DNA from: Eukaryota sp. GEM-RC1 | Taxonomy: Eukaryota | Direction of reading: 5' to 3' | Assembly (NCBI GenBank): GCA_040285855.1 | Contig: JAUFOQ010000010.1 | Location: 1,798,001 to 1,862,000 of the forward strand | DNA: 64,000 bases | Shown: piece by piece, positions 12,566-26,384 of the stretch | Layout of the letters: every line of letters begins with the position of its first letter | Numbering within the stretch: the first letter of the stretch is position 1 | Notes under the pieces: generated by a model | Database searches by the model: none | What the model was told of the DNA's origin: nothing | Seen by the model: only the letters and a program-made list of their open reading frames with translations | Program-made: the position numbers and the translations under genes

Positions 12566-13339
12566 TCTTCAAGTCCATATCAAAGACATACACCAATGTA
12601 AAGGCAGTCTGCCTCGATCTCTCTCCTTAGACTGTTCTAGTCAATCATTCTTGTTCAGTCACTTCCACAGTCTCTTTTTCTATTTCTTTTGCCAGTTCAA
12701 GCTGAATTCCTTTTTGCCTTGATGTTATTTCCTTCTCTTAACTGTCCTTATGGAGCTTATCGGACGGTTTCTTTCTTCTTTCTTGACTTCTTCTAGTTCC
12801 ATGAGTCTTTAGCTTCTCTTACTTACTGTACATTGAATTTGAACTCATCCAAACATGTGACATGCTTTGAGTTACATAATTCCAGTCAATGATGAAAGAA
12901 AATTTTCAGCATTAAGTAAACAAAAATAGTCATTTTTTCTTAAATGAATGAAAACAGCATTCTATAATTCATGTTGATTGTCTTCAGTTTGGGCAACTCT
13001 TGAAAGTGATTGTTCGATGTCAGCGTTCTTTAAAACTTGGGTGCTTCTTGTTTTACCTATTACAATGTCAAAAATATCCGTTTCTCGGAAATATTTGGCT
13101 TCCCACACATTTAAGTATGAAAACATATTTTTTCAAAAAAGTGGATTCGAAAAAGTCTAGATGACGCATGTTGAAGCATTTCCTCAGGGATGTGGGTTGA
13201 AATGGGGTTATCGATAACTGTTCAAAAAGAAAAAGTATATGTGACTCTAGTACAACCGAAGTTTCTGCTCTCTTTTGATTAACCAAAGTAATTGTCTGTA
13301 CTTTAAGTATGGACCCATTGACCATGACACGTGGCACCA

Positions 13340-14740
13340 ATTTCCACCTGGGGATGGATCTTTACACAAAGGCATGTGGATTATAAGGTTTTCGACTGTG
13401 ACGTCAAGGATATCGTCATAGAACAGTCATACTTATCACCAAACGTTCTTGCTCCCGTAACAATATAGTAATTAAGTTCTATGGGGATGATTGGTTTATT
13501 AAAGTCCAAGACAGCATACATACGATTATAAGTAAGACTTATTGGGAAAAACATTGTTAAAAAGAGACAAAAGTCTTCAACAATAAGTCAATTTTGACGT
13601 GAAACAGATTTGAGCATATCAAAAGTAATACCTGAAGGTCCAGGAGCTTTTCTTGAAGGGAGTTTTAAAATACAACTCATCAACTCATCCACTCTAATGG
13701 GGTTTTCTTTTCAATACAAAGAAGGCATAGGCTTGACCGGAGAAAATTCTTCAATGGATGAAGAACCTGAAGTTGAGAAACAGGAGCAGGATCTGATGAA
13801 AATAAGGCATTTTTAGCTGACCCATACCTACCCCGAAGAAGTTGTTGACATACATCTTTTTCATTTGGTAATTTTTTTGGAGCAAACACTTTCTTAGGGC
13901 GAGTGGAGGATTGAGATTGTTTCTCAAGAAAAAACTTCCAGATGTGAAGAACATCCCAAGAACCTGGTGAAAGCGCTAGAATAAAAGACCGAAAAGCAAT
14001 AGAAAAAGGAATGCAACCTTTGGGGCTGAGTTGATTAGGAATTTTAACAAGAGTTCGAAGAGTATCAGCAGAAAGACAATCTCCACTAATCAAATAATTA
14101 TTTTTAATTAGAGAAAACGCAGAAACAGTTTTGCAAAAATTACATTCATTGGACTGGCCAAAGTTTGTAAAAGAATTATCAGAAAGAGGCGGGAGGTTGT
14201 GTTTTGCTGTAACCTCAGAAGTGACAGCCAGATTGTCTACAAAATTAGAGACTTCTGCAATGGCAGCTGACAGGGAATCAGGACTTTTAGGCAAATCAAA
14301 ATTTGGACATACTTCTGATTTTTTTCTGTGTCCTAATTGACCACAAGAAGAACAGTTCGGTAGGGCTCTTTTCCGAATTGGCTGAGAAGTAGGGATCGCA
14401 ACTTTAGGAGAAGATTGGATGGATGTGGAAGCAAAGTTAGATTCGGAGAAGATATCAGAAAGAGAAGATTTATTGTAGGGAACAAAAATGGGATTAGAAG
14501 AAGAAACTGACAGAGAACTTATTAAATCCTCTGTTTGTGATGCTAGAACCTGACAAGAACTGGAAATACTGACTCTGAATCACGAGACAAAGAATCACCA
14601 GAAGCAGAAAGATCACTTTCCGGAAGAGTAGAAGAGGGAGTAACTACAAGCTTAGCCAATACACATGGTGATATTTTTGGTATCTTGTTCCTTGGTTTAT
14701 TGGGGAGACGGAGTCTACCAGAAAATCTGGCAGAACTTCA
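13340..14740 (-). mobile_element. 5'/central remnant of a CRE-like non-LTR retrotransposon ORF
   Basis: N-terminal knuckle CSSCGQLGHRKKSEVC; RGRYGSAKNAL...LHP; SRKAPGPSGITFD pre-RT motif. Confidence 0.6.
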
Positions 14741-14989
14741 TATCATAGAGTGAAAAAAAGCCAGAAATAACTGCTTATAAAATATATATTACAACAAGGG
14801 ATAATGATTTATTAACTTCAATCGAATAATGGAAAACAAAAATTGGTTTCTTTACTACTGTGAAATGGAGATTGTTTGAAACGAAAAATGTTCATCATTT
14901 AGTTATTCTCATAATTGATGACGTTGACGAATTGTCAATTCAATTAGGAAATTTAATGAAGAAATATACCGAAACAAATTAGATGAAAT

Positions 14990-15510
14990 AATAGAATTGG
15001 GAAAACCTGGTGGTTCAAACAAAGTCATCTCGATAGCCAATAGAGTTGACACCTCGCCAATGAACAGCAATTGACTCTGAACAGCTTTCCCAGTCCACCT
15101 CAAAACCGTTGACTCAAATCGTTGTATAAGTTCTCTGTTTGCTCTGTAGACTAACTTTTGACACTTCTTATGTGTAAATCCATCATTCACTAAAGCACGA
15201 TGGACTCTACTTATAGAAACAATGATACCACTTGACTGTCCAGCAGACAAACAATTTCTGGTAGATATACCAGATGATGTTCGTTTACTAGCTGTCTGAT
15301 ATACTCTAAGTCACGTTCTTCTGATAGTTTGCCACGCGAAGAAGTGTTTGTGCCGGGTTGTGGCGAAAAGACCTTGACTAGCATCTTGAGATAGGCGACT
15401 GTTCAACTAGGAAGAACTCTGCAACTTCTGCTTGGGTCTCATTAGCCTTTCGTTTCAAAGAAGGAACATCAAGTTCAGGTCTAAAAGCAGTTGTAGTGTG
15501 TAACCCATGA
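14990..15510 (-). mobile_element. Tc1/IS630-family transposase remnant
   Basis: SISRVHRALVNDGFTHKK followed by LLFIGEVS (degenerate FIDES). Confidence 0.55.
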
Positions 15511-15748
15511 AGTTATAACATAAGTTTAATTGCCAGGAAAATTTGTGTGAAAAAAGTTTTGTGTGAAAAGTGAAATTTGCTCACACCAGTACATTCGGTA
15601 CATTATGTTTTCTAAATTTCTTCCCTAGTTAATCCGCATAATGTATTAAACAGTGGCATCGTAAAAGGTACCGCTAATAAACCAATTCAAGAATTATGTT
15701 TAGAATGAAAATGGAATAAAAGTTGGGAAACTAAAAGAATCCATACTA

Positions 15749-16537
15749 CACGGGCAGCAGTAATTAGTCTCACTATAGAATTGCTGAAGTGAGACTAATT
15801 ATGTCTTCCAAACTCAAGCATAGAAAATTTTTCCTGTTGCTCACCTCAATGTAGTTTTCGACTAAACATCGTAAAGTAGTGTGTTCACACCAATACTAAA
15901 TACACACATTGTTTTTTCATAAGAACCACATTCAAACTAGTATCGAACAACCACTATTGTTGTACAAGCAAATACATTTTGATCTAGCTCCAAGAGGGAA
16001 GAATCCTTTGATCACATTGATTGTTTTTGCCTGCTGTGATCCATCAAACTCGGCTTACAGTGTTCAAAGACACCTTCCCAGAACGAATAATAGAGTTAGG
16101 GAAAAATGTTAATGAGACAATTGTTTAATGTGTAACAAATTATTCAAGATAAATAATGAACCGTAATTCGTTTGACGAAATTGCATTTGTGGATTTACAA
16201 TTTATAATAGACTATGATTCAAAATGAGGACACTGCTTTTCATTCATAGTCTATGAATGAAAAAGCAGTGTTCTCATTTTTGACTCCTGTCTACGGAAGA
16301 CATGATCTTTGGAATACAGTTGAAGACCATGAACACATCGACACTTGTATTGGTGAACTTGGAGTCGTTTATATGACGTGATTGTAAGAGGATAAACTAT
16401 TTCTGTTTTCAATGAGTCTTATGAATACATCTTTACAACAAAATGGATCTCTGGACTTCTCCAACCAAAAATATTTGAGGACATAAATAGTCTCACGACC
16501 ACATTAGTCTCAGTTAGACCAATTACTGCTGCCAGTG
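15749..16537. mobile_element. TA-targeting MITE related to 3991-4554
   Basis: TIR CACGGGCAGCAGTAATTAGTCT / CACTGGCAGCAGTAATTGGTCT; TA flanks at 15747-15748 and 16538-16539. Confidence 0.8.
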
Positions 16538-16567
16538 TAGTAAGCGGAATCACTATGTATTAATTTA

Positions 16568-17150
16568 GGGTTTGGCTACAAAAATACCCCTCTGACATCA
16601 GTTTGGTACATTTCTACCCCCCTAAAGTTGGGGGTTTACTCTAACCCTGTTCGTTTTTCACGTCTTTTCTTGTCGACACTCTTTTATATTATATAAGTAA
16701 ATACAATACTAAGGGGAGTCTTTTGACACACTGTCTACATCGCTACTTCAACATGTTCACAATCACTTTATCCCGATACCTCATCATCTTCTGTTCTGGT
16801 GTACACACACGTTTTGAAAATCATCTGCTTTTAGAACATTAGAAGTCATTTTCAGTGCGGGTTGTACCGGTTTCTTCCCTTGTTGTTCACCTGCTATAAA
16901 CCTTTTGTTTTTGGTATTCCTCTTACAACCATTGCTTTTGGTGGTGTAATGTCAGATTCTTCCAGCTCCATTGTTCCACACACAGAAAGTTCGTTGTAGG
17001 TTCTTTTGTAGTTCTCTACTAGGTAGTAACTATCAACGGATGACACGATGTTTTGGCCTAAGGCAAACAAAGCAGGAAATCCATGGCTGCATGGATAACC
17101 ATTAGCTTGCCAATGATTACCTGCTTTAAGTCAATCGTTAAAGAACTAGC
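16568..17150 (-). mobile_element. MULE/MuDR transposase 3' remnant
   Basis: Minus-strand HWQANGYPCSHG is a SWIM zinc-finger core; GGG-starting terminus-like sequence at 16568. Confidence 0.5.
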
Positions 17151-17566
17151 AATGATGTTCTTTTTGTGAAGTATTTTTGTACGTACCAATGTTAAAGAAG
17201 CTCGATACTCTGTTGAAGCAGGACGTTTCGGATCATAGTAGTAATAGAGTGGTTCTGGTATGTGTGGGCTAACAATTTTCTAATGATATAGGCAGTTCCG
17301 TCACTACCTTTTTGGGGACGAGACGCCTAACACATAAAGGCACATGATTGATTGTTGCACCTAGATTTGATCTGTTTATGTTCAGATTTCAGCAACTTAT
17401 AAGGAGCCTTTTCTTGTAAGCAATGAATACGTATAAGTTTTTTTATTTGTGCTGCATTTGCGGAAGTGTTTACGTCAAAAGTAGGTAAGTGATAGGGATC
17501 CATTTGGAGAAGGGGTAGATCCGTTCAAAGAGAAATCTTTGGAGGTAGAAATGTACTTAAATTTTG

Positions 17567-18010
17567 TCAGAGGGGTATACATGTACTTTTCCTTAGGAAA
17601 TTTAAGCTATTTGGATTCCTCAATTGGACTTTGAGTCCTGATATAATCTTGGAATAGATGCAACACTTTTCAATTGCAAAAGCCCGTTTTACAAATACGA
17701 AGACATACATAATTTCTGCTTTGAACATAGAATTGACGGCAGTAAGGGGAAGCTCGATAGAAACCATGGGAAATGTGGTATCTTTGAAAAACATTTTGAT
17801 GGCAAGAAAGGAAGATTCAAAGAAGCGATGACAAGTGTGACCAATACTGTGGATAAATGAATGTAGTTGCTGGACCAAACAAATAGTCCAGCGAGGACGT
17901 TCAGAGAAACAGGAATCACTATCAAGTATGGGCATATAAAGACGAGCAATAAATGAAGATGGATCGCCATTATATGCGGTGGTTGCAAACGGATAGTTTT
18001 GCAAGTGAGG
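17567..18010 (-). pseudogene. Fragment of an expanded lineage-specific (F-box/LRR-like) gene family
   Basis: 153-aa reading frame cut at its 5' side by the hAT remnant; no firm domain recognised. Confidence 0.35.
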
Positions 18011-18012
18011 GC

Positions 18013-18624
18013 TAGGGGTCTGAATCACCTCACCTGATGCACTGGGTGAGTTTCAGGCTGGTGACCTCAAGTCATTTTGAATGTCACCCAAATGACTTCA
18101 CCTGGCTTATATAATTACAAAAAGTGTATGTTTATTGTGTATAATTAATAATTCAACGATAACTATAACGACGATCGATTTGTATCTTGATCCTCTTGTA
18201 TGGTGGCGACTGAACGAAAGCAGATTTCCATGCTCTGACAAAATTGCAAAAACAATTCTAGCTATTCCTGCAACTTATGTAGCAAAAGTTATATCTGAAA
18301 GATATTTTTCAATGACAGTGTTCATTAAGAAGAAGGAAAGGGCTTCAATGAAAGATCAGACTTTAAGGTCTCACTTGTGTTTGAACACAAGTGGGAACTG
18401 GATTAGTTGTGGTGTAGAAAATTGATCACACTCATAATGTTGTTCATTATATGTTAGAATTTGTAAAATGAGTTTTCTTTTTAATGAATTGCTTATTCAT
18501 ATTGACCTGGGTCACTCAGGTCACTGGGTGAGTAATAATTCACTCAGGTCATTTTCCATGGGAACCCCAGGTGAAATCCACAAATGCTGGGTGAGTGACC
18601 TGGCCTGGGTCATTTGAGAACCCT
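18013..18624 (+). mobile_element. Non-autonomous hAT element with dimerization-domain remnant
   Basis: DPLVWWRLNESRFP..IAKTILAIPAT...SERYFS is the hAT C-terminal domain; TAGGG-type imperfect termini; GGTGA/TCACC subterminal repeats; no TSD match. Confidence 0.7.
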
Positions 18625-18652
18625 CAATTATATCTCTTTATTAGTCATAAAT

Positions 18653-19693
18653 ATGAGCTTAAACCAAAACATCGTCTTAAATGAGGAGGACCCTACAATC
18701 AATCCAACCACACCGGTTCCAGATAATTTGATGTCTTTTGAATCCTACGAAGATGCTGTGAACTCTCTGCAAAAGTGGGCTGGTGATAGTGGTTTCTCTC
18801 TCCGTAGCGATGGTAGTAATGAAGGCCGTGGACGTGTTTATCTTTTATGTAACTAAAAGAACCAAAAGGGATGACTTGCTACTCTAACAACAACAACTAC
18901 ATAGGTGGATTTCGAGTTACTTGGAGCAAGGGGATGTTCATGTTGCCTTTACTTTCAAAGTAGATGCAACTAATGTAACTGCAGCGACTTTGAAGAAATA
19001 CACTACTTTTATTACTGTACAAGAGCATAGATCTATTGAAGTAGAATCTTTACAGCACAAGAATCGTTTATGGGATGCAACAAAAGACTGGAAAGCTTTC
19101 AAAGAAATGTATGAACAGGCTCCTTTCTCAAACAGCTTTCTGCAATCGAAGTTCATCTTGCATGAATTCAGTTGCCTAATTAATGCTAAATGGATTGATT
19201 GCCTGAGCCTAGATTGCCTGATGTTGACCCCAAAGATGATCCTGTACAGAAAGTCTTTCAATATGTACTGTACAAACATCATATTCCTGCTCTTGACACT
19301 GATTTTTCTTCTTTACCTGGATCTGTGTTTCTTTTGTATTTTATGTACTTCACACAGTATCCGCAAATGTTTCCTATATTCCTTCTACCAGAAACAGCTG
19401 AGGTATTATTTTCATTTGAACTTATTGATTTATTGAATTCTTCTGAAGCTTGTGTATGTTTATTTCGGTTGTTATCTCGTGATGCAGTGTCTTTAGTTAA
19501 TGGAGCAATTCCTCAGCCAGCTAGTGAAGCTCCCAGAAGATACAGGAAAATTACGGATTATATGAGAGTAAGACCTTATCCTGCTTATTCATTTCCAAAA
19601 GAGGATACAAGGGCTACTAAAGAAGCAAGGGCTGTAAATCAGTTAAGGTGTCATTTGTTTAAGTTTTATGTAGATGTTTGTGATAGTAGATAG
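18653..19693 (+). mobile_element. FAR1/MULE-like transposase remnant
   Basis: FESYEDAVNSLQKWAGDSGFSLR...VYLLC resembles the FAR1 DNA-binding domain; downstream frames are broken. Confidence 0.45.
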
Positions 19694-19979
19694 ATGTTGT
19701 TGAATTTGATTAGCTGAACGGTTGCCCTAGAATATTTGCAAGGATGATGACAATATTATTGACACGTGTGGAATATTTCGTCGCTTCAAAACGATCATTT
19801 TTGTGAAAATAAAAACGGCATTTTCAAAATAATTGAGCCAAAATATTCTTAAATTTTTTACCAGTAGTTTTTCAATCTGAACATTACTTTACAATGTCTT
19901 CGATGAACAAGTTATCAGTCAGTGAGCTCCATAATGCTGATTTTAAATAGTTTGTGAACAACACAGTTTTAAATAAACT

Positions 19980-21390
19980 TGTCAAATTGAGACAAGGCCA
20001 ATAATGAATTTTGAATAAAGTGGAAATTCTGAGTAGCGGAAGTTCCTTCCCCACTGAATAGAATTACAGATATTAGAATAATAAATAAAAGAAATAAATT
20101 AAGAACCACAGAAATTTGAAATAACCGTATGACTGAAGGAACTACTAACTCAAAATTTTTCAACAATGAGATCAATTCAACTTGTTTCACCAGACTAACT
20201 CTCAACCACTCAAAGAAGGACAAATCACGTCATCTTCTGTTGAAATTTTGAGAAAACTGAAATCTTTGAGTAAATGAGATGCATAATCTATGTTCAGCTT
20301 TGTACGTTGATATTGGCTTAAATAATATCCATTAGAAACACGTATGCTACAGCCCAGAAGACATTGAAATGATACATGTAGAATACCAATAGACTATCAG
20401 GAAGTACACGTAGGAGAACCAAAGAACGTAAAAGTCTTACTGTTAGCTCAGCTCGATGACGTGTCACCTAAGATTGATTACGTGTCACTTAGCGTGCTGG
20501 CTGGTCAGTAACTAGTTTCACCACTAGTGAGTAGAAGCCAATAGTAGGTACTAAGAAGCAGAGGAGATCTAGTATTGGAAGATAGAAGAAGTAGATAGTT
20601 GGAGTGAAGAACTAGAGAGATGAAAGGTTGGTAGGATTCAGAAAACTTCTGATCTTTTGGGGATTGTTAGTATGTAGGAGAAGTGAAGTGGGATTTAGCT
20701 TCAGCGTTTGAGAAAGAGCGATCGAACTGGTTTCTGATCTGAACAGCAGTACGGTGTACAAAGTCATTCATCCCCTTCTCCCTCAATGACCTAGTTGGAG
20801 GAGAAGGATGACGAGATTTCGCTCTCCTTGAAGGGGGGGATCGATGTAGTGCTCATAGGGAAGTCCACATCCAATAAAAGTAGGGACGGTAACAACACAA
20901 GCTCCGTCGGCAGAGAGAGAATAGTGGTAACTAAGTGAAGTGATAGGTATATGGAAGAGCAAGACTATCTAGAGCTCGAGGGCGTTAAGAAGGAGGACTT
21001 TTGACGTCAGTGGTGTTGGAAGTTCTAGAAGAGGGTCGACAGTCACTTGAATTGGTCATGAGATTGGGCATTCTTCAAGTTCATATAAAAGACATACATC
21101 AATCTAAAGGCAGTCTGCCTCGTCTTCTCTCCTTAGAATGTTCTAGTCAATGATTCTTGTTCAGTCACTCCTCTTCTTCTAGACGTATTGCTTTTTGCAT
21201 TGACCTTCTTCACTTCTTCAAACTTTCTTTACTTACTCGCTTCGACGTGAATTCTTCTTTGTATGTGTCTGGTGGTGTGATGTTTGCCTCAGTATTTTGC
21301 TTCTCTTTTACTGACATTCAGTTTGAACTAGTGTCTATACATGACTTGCTTCCATTCGATGATGAAAGAAAATTTTCATCATTAAGTACG
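19980..21390 (-). pseudogene. Copy of a dispersed pseudogene/repeat family (others ~27140-28138, 33120-34650, 41880-43100, 50030-50870)
   Basis: Shared blocks such as GAAGAAGTAGATAGTTGGAGTGAAGAACTAGAGAGATGAAAGGTTGGTAGG and tandem GATGACGTGTCAC units occur in all copies. Confidence 0.75.
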
Positions 21391-21699
21391 TTGGCTTGCC
21401 AATTTATTGATAAGCACTAGGAAGCGACCTTCATCAGTAGCCAACCTTGGTGAGGCAGCGGCAAAGTGTTTTTCGGAAGTCGACGATAGATCCGAATGCT
21501 TTGTCCTGCAACAGCAGCAGCTTGTTTGTTATTGAATACACCTCTTCAATTGCTTTTACATCTAACTTCGTGTCTTCTCACTAGCATTGAATATGAATAA
21601 GCTTCTTTGTTTGAAACTAATTGACAACTAGCTAACTTACAGAACGACTTCTATCTAAATAAGGGGAATTGTAATAGTCATAGTGATTCCAACAAGCAT

Positions 21700-22140
21700 T
21701 GTTGAAAAGAGCTGAACAGTCGAACTTCATTTGTACAATAACACGTTGTAGAAGGGAGATTGACTCTTGATTGTTACGAGGAGGACTGTGAAAAGCCACT
21801 TTAGTAACCTATTTCGTAGTTGTTTGAAAAACACTTCAATTGGATTTGATTCAGGGTTATACGATAGAAGAAATGTATAACGAAGTCTACAGTGAGTGTT
21901 CAAAGCTACTTATAACGATGGTGAACGATGAATGACACATCCATCAAGATTCCAATGGGAACGAATCCCATTGTCGTCTTGGACGAAGTGCTTCTGCAGT
22001 TAGTCTTTAGCAAATGAGATGAACTGAAGGTACGAGAAGTGGCCTTTCTGGATATGATACAAGACATAACCATTTACATCAAAGGCGACAAGAAGGCAGA
22101 TTGTCTTATTGATGAATGGTAGTAGATTGGAAAAGATGGT
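21700..22140 (-). mobile_element. Tc1/IS630 DDE transposase remnant
   Basis: Minus-strand YTFLLSYNPESNPIE (degenerate LPxYSPxLNPIE). Confidence 0.6.
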
Positions 22141-22198
22141 TTAGCCAACGGGTGAGTAAATATTTTGCAGTTGGAAATGGCGAGGATCGAAATAGACT

Positions 22199-22438
22199 TC
22201 ATCTACGACAAACAGTTGATGCAACCCTAGTTGTCGCAGTGAAGAAGATTTCACCATTAGCACGCATGAGACGAGATCCGACGTTACTCCACCAGTTATT
22301 GAGAGCATGTAGAAGATAAGATTTTCCTGATCCTGCACCACCAGTGACAAAGAAATTGTGTCTGCTAGTAGTGATTGCGTCAATGATGTCACGTTGGTCA
22401 TTCATGAGATTGATGTTGTGTACAGTGGTTGGTGCCAT
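22199..22438 (-). pseudogene. PIF1-family helicase N-terminal fragment
   Basis: NFFVTGGAGSGKSYLL (Walker A) and FTATTRVAS (motif Ia-like). Confidence 0.7.
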
Positions 22439-24248
22439 TGAGTTGATGTATTATTTGAGCGCAGGGAAACTTGGTCTTTTCAAATTTCGCTTTCACTTCA
22501 CAACATGACTTGATGTTGTAGTTTGTTTTTTCAATCGATCCAGTAATTTCATTAGCCGAATCTTTGAAGATACGGGTCCATTTTTGCTTCTCAGTTTTGA
22601 CTCTTTTAGGTTGACTTTACAGGATATAAAACACAGACAATATCTTTTATGTATACTTATTTCGTACAGATCCTGGATGAATGTTTCACAAGATGTTTGA
22701 TAGGTACGAGATGTGTTTCACAAGATATGTAACACAAGATGTGTATCAATATTTATCTACTCACACAGATACTTACAAACATATTTCACTACACAATCAT
22801 TAAACTGCAACAACTCATCACATAAATTATCCACATCAATCTCAATCTCTGACTGTTTCCAAGTCATAACATGTGTTAAGTCAACAAAATCACTTCGTTC
22901 TAAAACAAATCTAAATAAATTGACAACTTCAGTATAATCATTAAAATTATCCTTTGCTAAAACAATGTTAACACAAATCAAAACAAGCTTTGAAACAGAC
23001 AGACAATGATCATTGTCGTCAAGTAATAACAACAATTTATCCTCAATCTTTTTAACATAGACTTCTCTTAAATGACCATCATCGTGAAGTGAACTTTGTA
23101 GGAGTGCAGGAATTAATATAGTTGTAGAAGATCGAGAGCTGTAACAAAAATATAGACCAAGTGAACAAGAAAAACTATTGGTCAGTAATCGTAAATGCTT
23201 AAAAAACCAACAAGTATCATAATTGAGACATCATTGATGAAGAGTATCAGCTAAACTTTAGAAGATGATTCTGTGACCACATCTTTATCAACTTCCTTAA
23301 ACGATCTTGTGTCAACCCTGCGTTACCCTTCATCAGAGACTTGTAATGTTGACGAAGTCATAATTAGAATATGTCATCTTTGACAGTTCACGCCTCTACT
23401 TAACAGTTGTCTTCATTGGAGAGGTAAAGAAGTACAATGACAACAATTGCATAAGGCTATAAAACTTCTGTTGCAGTGTTCGTGCTATTGTGCTAACAGA
23501 CTTGACATCACTTCAAGAGAAGAAGACTCGTTCATAGACATTGAGATTCCGATGAAGGAGAATGTGTTTCTTGGCAAAATTTTAGTGAACTCATCAACGA
23601 ACATTCTGTCTCGGAAACGTCGTCCTTCTGTTTATTAGAGGAAGTATGCATCTAAACACTAATAAGTATACAATGATTTTTCATTTACTGAAACAAAACA
23701 AACTTCTTTTACTTCATCTTGCAATCTCGGAATCAATGGTGATTACATCGTAATCACTCGAGCTTCTGATTGTACTTTTGATACAGTGTCCACCAACATT
23801 ACAACATGGTTTAAAAGTGTTGATGATAATATTAAGGAAAATATTGCATTTTTTATTAACAAAGAAACTCATATTCTTGAAGAAAAGAATAGTAATGGTA
23901 CGACTAGAGTGAAGCCGCTATTGAGATAAATATCGATGAAATTGTACAATGTATCCTATTAGGACTACTTTAGAGCTCTGGAACTCATTTCTGAGTCTTT
24001 CAAAGACTCAGAAATGAATATCTCTTACTAGCGCTAGCAGATGCGATTGCTTCCAAGGAATATAAATAATAATAAAATAATGCTCTTGCATATTGAATAT
24101 GAAAAGAATATCGAGCAATTCCCTTGTAGACTTGAATTCTCTGCCTTTTGGGGACTTTTACATGACCCAAGAGTGTTTAGTAACTGATTATCGCATCTCT
24201 CATTTGTGCAGCGATAGCGATGTCTGCTTTCATATCACCAGAGTATGC

Positions 24249-24984
24249 TATGGGAATAATTTTTGTTGATGAACCCTCCCTTTGTAACCAAACCATTACA
24301 TTTAATGAAGAATCCATTGAAGTCAATAAATCTGTCCTTGCTGCTCATTCTACGTACTTCCGACCCCTCTAGTTCTTAGAGTTTGGGGATAAACTCGAGA
24401 GCCCCATCGACTTCTCACATCTCCCTGTTGATTCCCACAACTTCTTCGCTTTCCTCAAGTCCCTCTTCGGAAAGTCATTCACCCTCAACGAGAGCAATGC
24501 TTATGACTTCTACTATCTCGTCCACTACTTCCAAGTGAACAAACTGATTGATAACATTAGAAGATCACCTAAACACTCATCTCGTGACCTTAACATGACT
24601 GTAGCTAACCCACACCAGCCTTGGGTTGGCTATATCATTGAGACCTGTATGGATTGCTTATTTTTGCTGACATCAGCACAATCCTTTTCGAGCTCTAAGA
24701 CATGCTGCCAGAAAGTTTATGATCGCAGTTTCTGGAAAATCACAGACGTTAGACAACTAAGGATCATGTATTTCGTGATTGCCTGTCAATGCCTCATAGT
24801 TGCAAGTTTTACTATTGATCACGATTTAAAGACTATTCCTTTCAATTATTAGAATGAATGGGGACTTACTTGAGAAACTGTTTCAGTAATTGAATTAGAT
24901 AAATTCATTTAGAAAACTGCTTCCTTCTGATACTCCTTCTCTTTTCTCACTGTTGAATATGCCAAGGAGCTCTGCCAAGGTGTA
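24249..24984 (+). pseudogene. BTB...protein-kinase pseudogene (kinase part resumes at 26864)
   Basis: ITFNEESIEVNKSVLAAHSTYF BTB motif; EYAKELCQGV joins SYLHSKSIVHGDLKPGNVL after the insertion. Confidence 0.65.
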
Positions 24985-25079
24985 TAAATTAATCTTCATG
25001 CATTAATTCCGATTCATTCGACATCCCACAAAACAGAAACTCAAACAGAAACAAAAATATTTATTTTTTTAGCAGAAAA

Positions 25080-25544
25080 GTGATTAGTTGGTTGGGATTA
25101 ATGACGAACCCTCAGTTGTCCGCAACTAAAGTTAAAGTTAGATTCTATGAAGCGATGGAAGATCTTCCGATCCAAAATTTCTTGATGGAATTAACTCAAC
25201 TCCATCGAAACGAAGTATCGAGAAATGCGATGGAAAGAACTTTCACAGACTACGACATTGGAGATGACTATTTCCATTTAATCGAAAAAACTATCGAAGG
25301 TTTAATTAGGGATGATCGACGACAAAAGCAATGGACCCCAATCAACATCATCTTCAAGCTCTCAAGAATCTTGACCTATCATTATTCCAATTCTGAAGTC
25401 GTCAAGAAGAACAAAAACGATAGAGCCTTAACTGTTCATTACAAAAGAGTTTGGATTCAAATGCTACTCCAAAGCTACAAACCATTTACGATGGATTATA
25501 TTCAGGAATTATTCCTCGAATTGAAAGAGAGGATGGAGCTTTAA
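25080..25544 (+). CDS. Hypothetical protein (duplicate of 31069-31533)
   Basis: 154-aa ORF open in both copies with a few substitutions; no motif recognised. Confidence 0.5.
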   Translation: MISWLGLMTNPQLSATKVKVRFYEAMEDLPIQNFLMELTQLHRNEVSRNAMERTFTDYDIGDDYFHLIEKTIEGLIRDDRRQKQWTPINIIFKLSRILTYHYSNSEVVKKNKNDRALTVHYKRVWIQMLLQSYKPFTMDYIQELFLELKERMEL

Positions 25545-25659
25545 AATGATCGACCAATTAAGGAATAAATTATATTTTTCTTCGTCTTTGGCTGGACCAA
25601 TAATGAAGAAAAATGATCAAAGATCGGAAAATTGCTTTTAGTTTCGAAATAAGTTTACT

Positions 25660-26384
25660 ATGCCTAGATTTTCCGATCTCTTAGCTGCTACTACTGCAAA
25701 GCCTTCTCCCACCGAGACCTCTTCTCTCCCTCAAACAGAGCATTCTCCCCCAGAACCCACTGCTCGCGTTGAAGAAGAGGATTCTCTTGAAGACCAAGTT
25801 ATCGTAATTCCCCCTGAATCCTTGTCGGCCGCCCCTACTCGGACACTTCCTCCTCCTCCTCGCCGTCGCACTAATGCTCCTTCTGGGGATCTCCCCCCGC
25901 AGAACCCGCTGAGGAAAGTTCTCCTGAACCTACTCTCGCCGAGCCCCTCATTGATGCCGTTCGTCCAACTCGTCCCGTTCCCCTAGCCCCTCCTGTTCGC
26001 AATTCCGGTAGTCGTGGTCGTGGTGGTCGTGGTGGCCGTGGTGGTCATGACAATGCCGTTCCTAGGATGCCTGGTCCCACTCAAGCTCGTCCATTGAGGA
26101 TTAGAGCTCATGTAGTAAATGGGATTTTGTGTATTCCCGAGTCGGGCATTGATAAGAAGGTTCCCCTCAATATGATTTCCACAAGAGCTGACGGGACTTA
26201 TGTTGTCGAGTTGTCGGTGGTAATGACCCTTGAACACCACCACTCCGACAGAAATCCCCCTCCTATGGATCCAACCATTTATCGACATGAGGATTGGCAA
26301 GGGGCCATGCAGGCTTCTAGATTCCAGTCCCATATTCTTAGACAGAATCCAGGGAACCCAGAGAACCCAGAGGACGGTGAGTAA
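25660..26384 (+). CDS. Pro-rich, RGG-containing hypothetical protein (~241 aa once the C-run is corrected), copy 1
   Basis: ATG 25660; the C-run is 6 nt here and 8 nt in copy 2, and 7 would give one ORF; RGRGGRGGRGG box. Confidence 0.6.
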
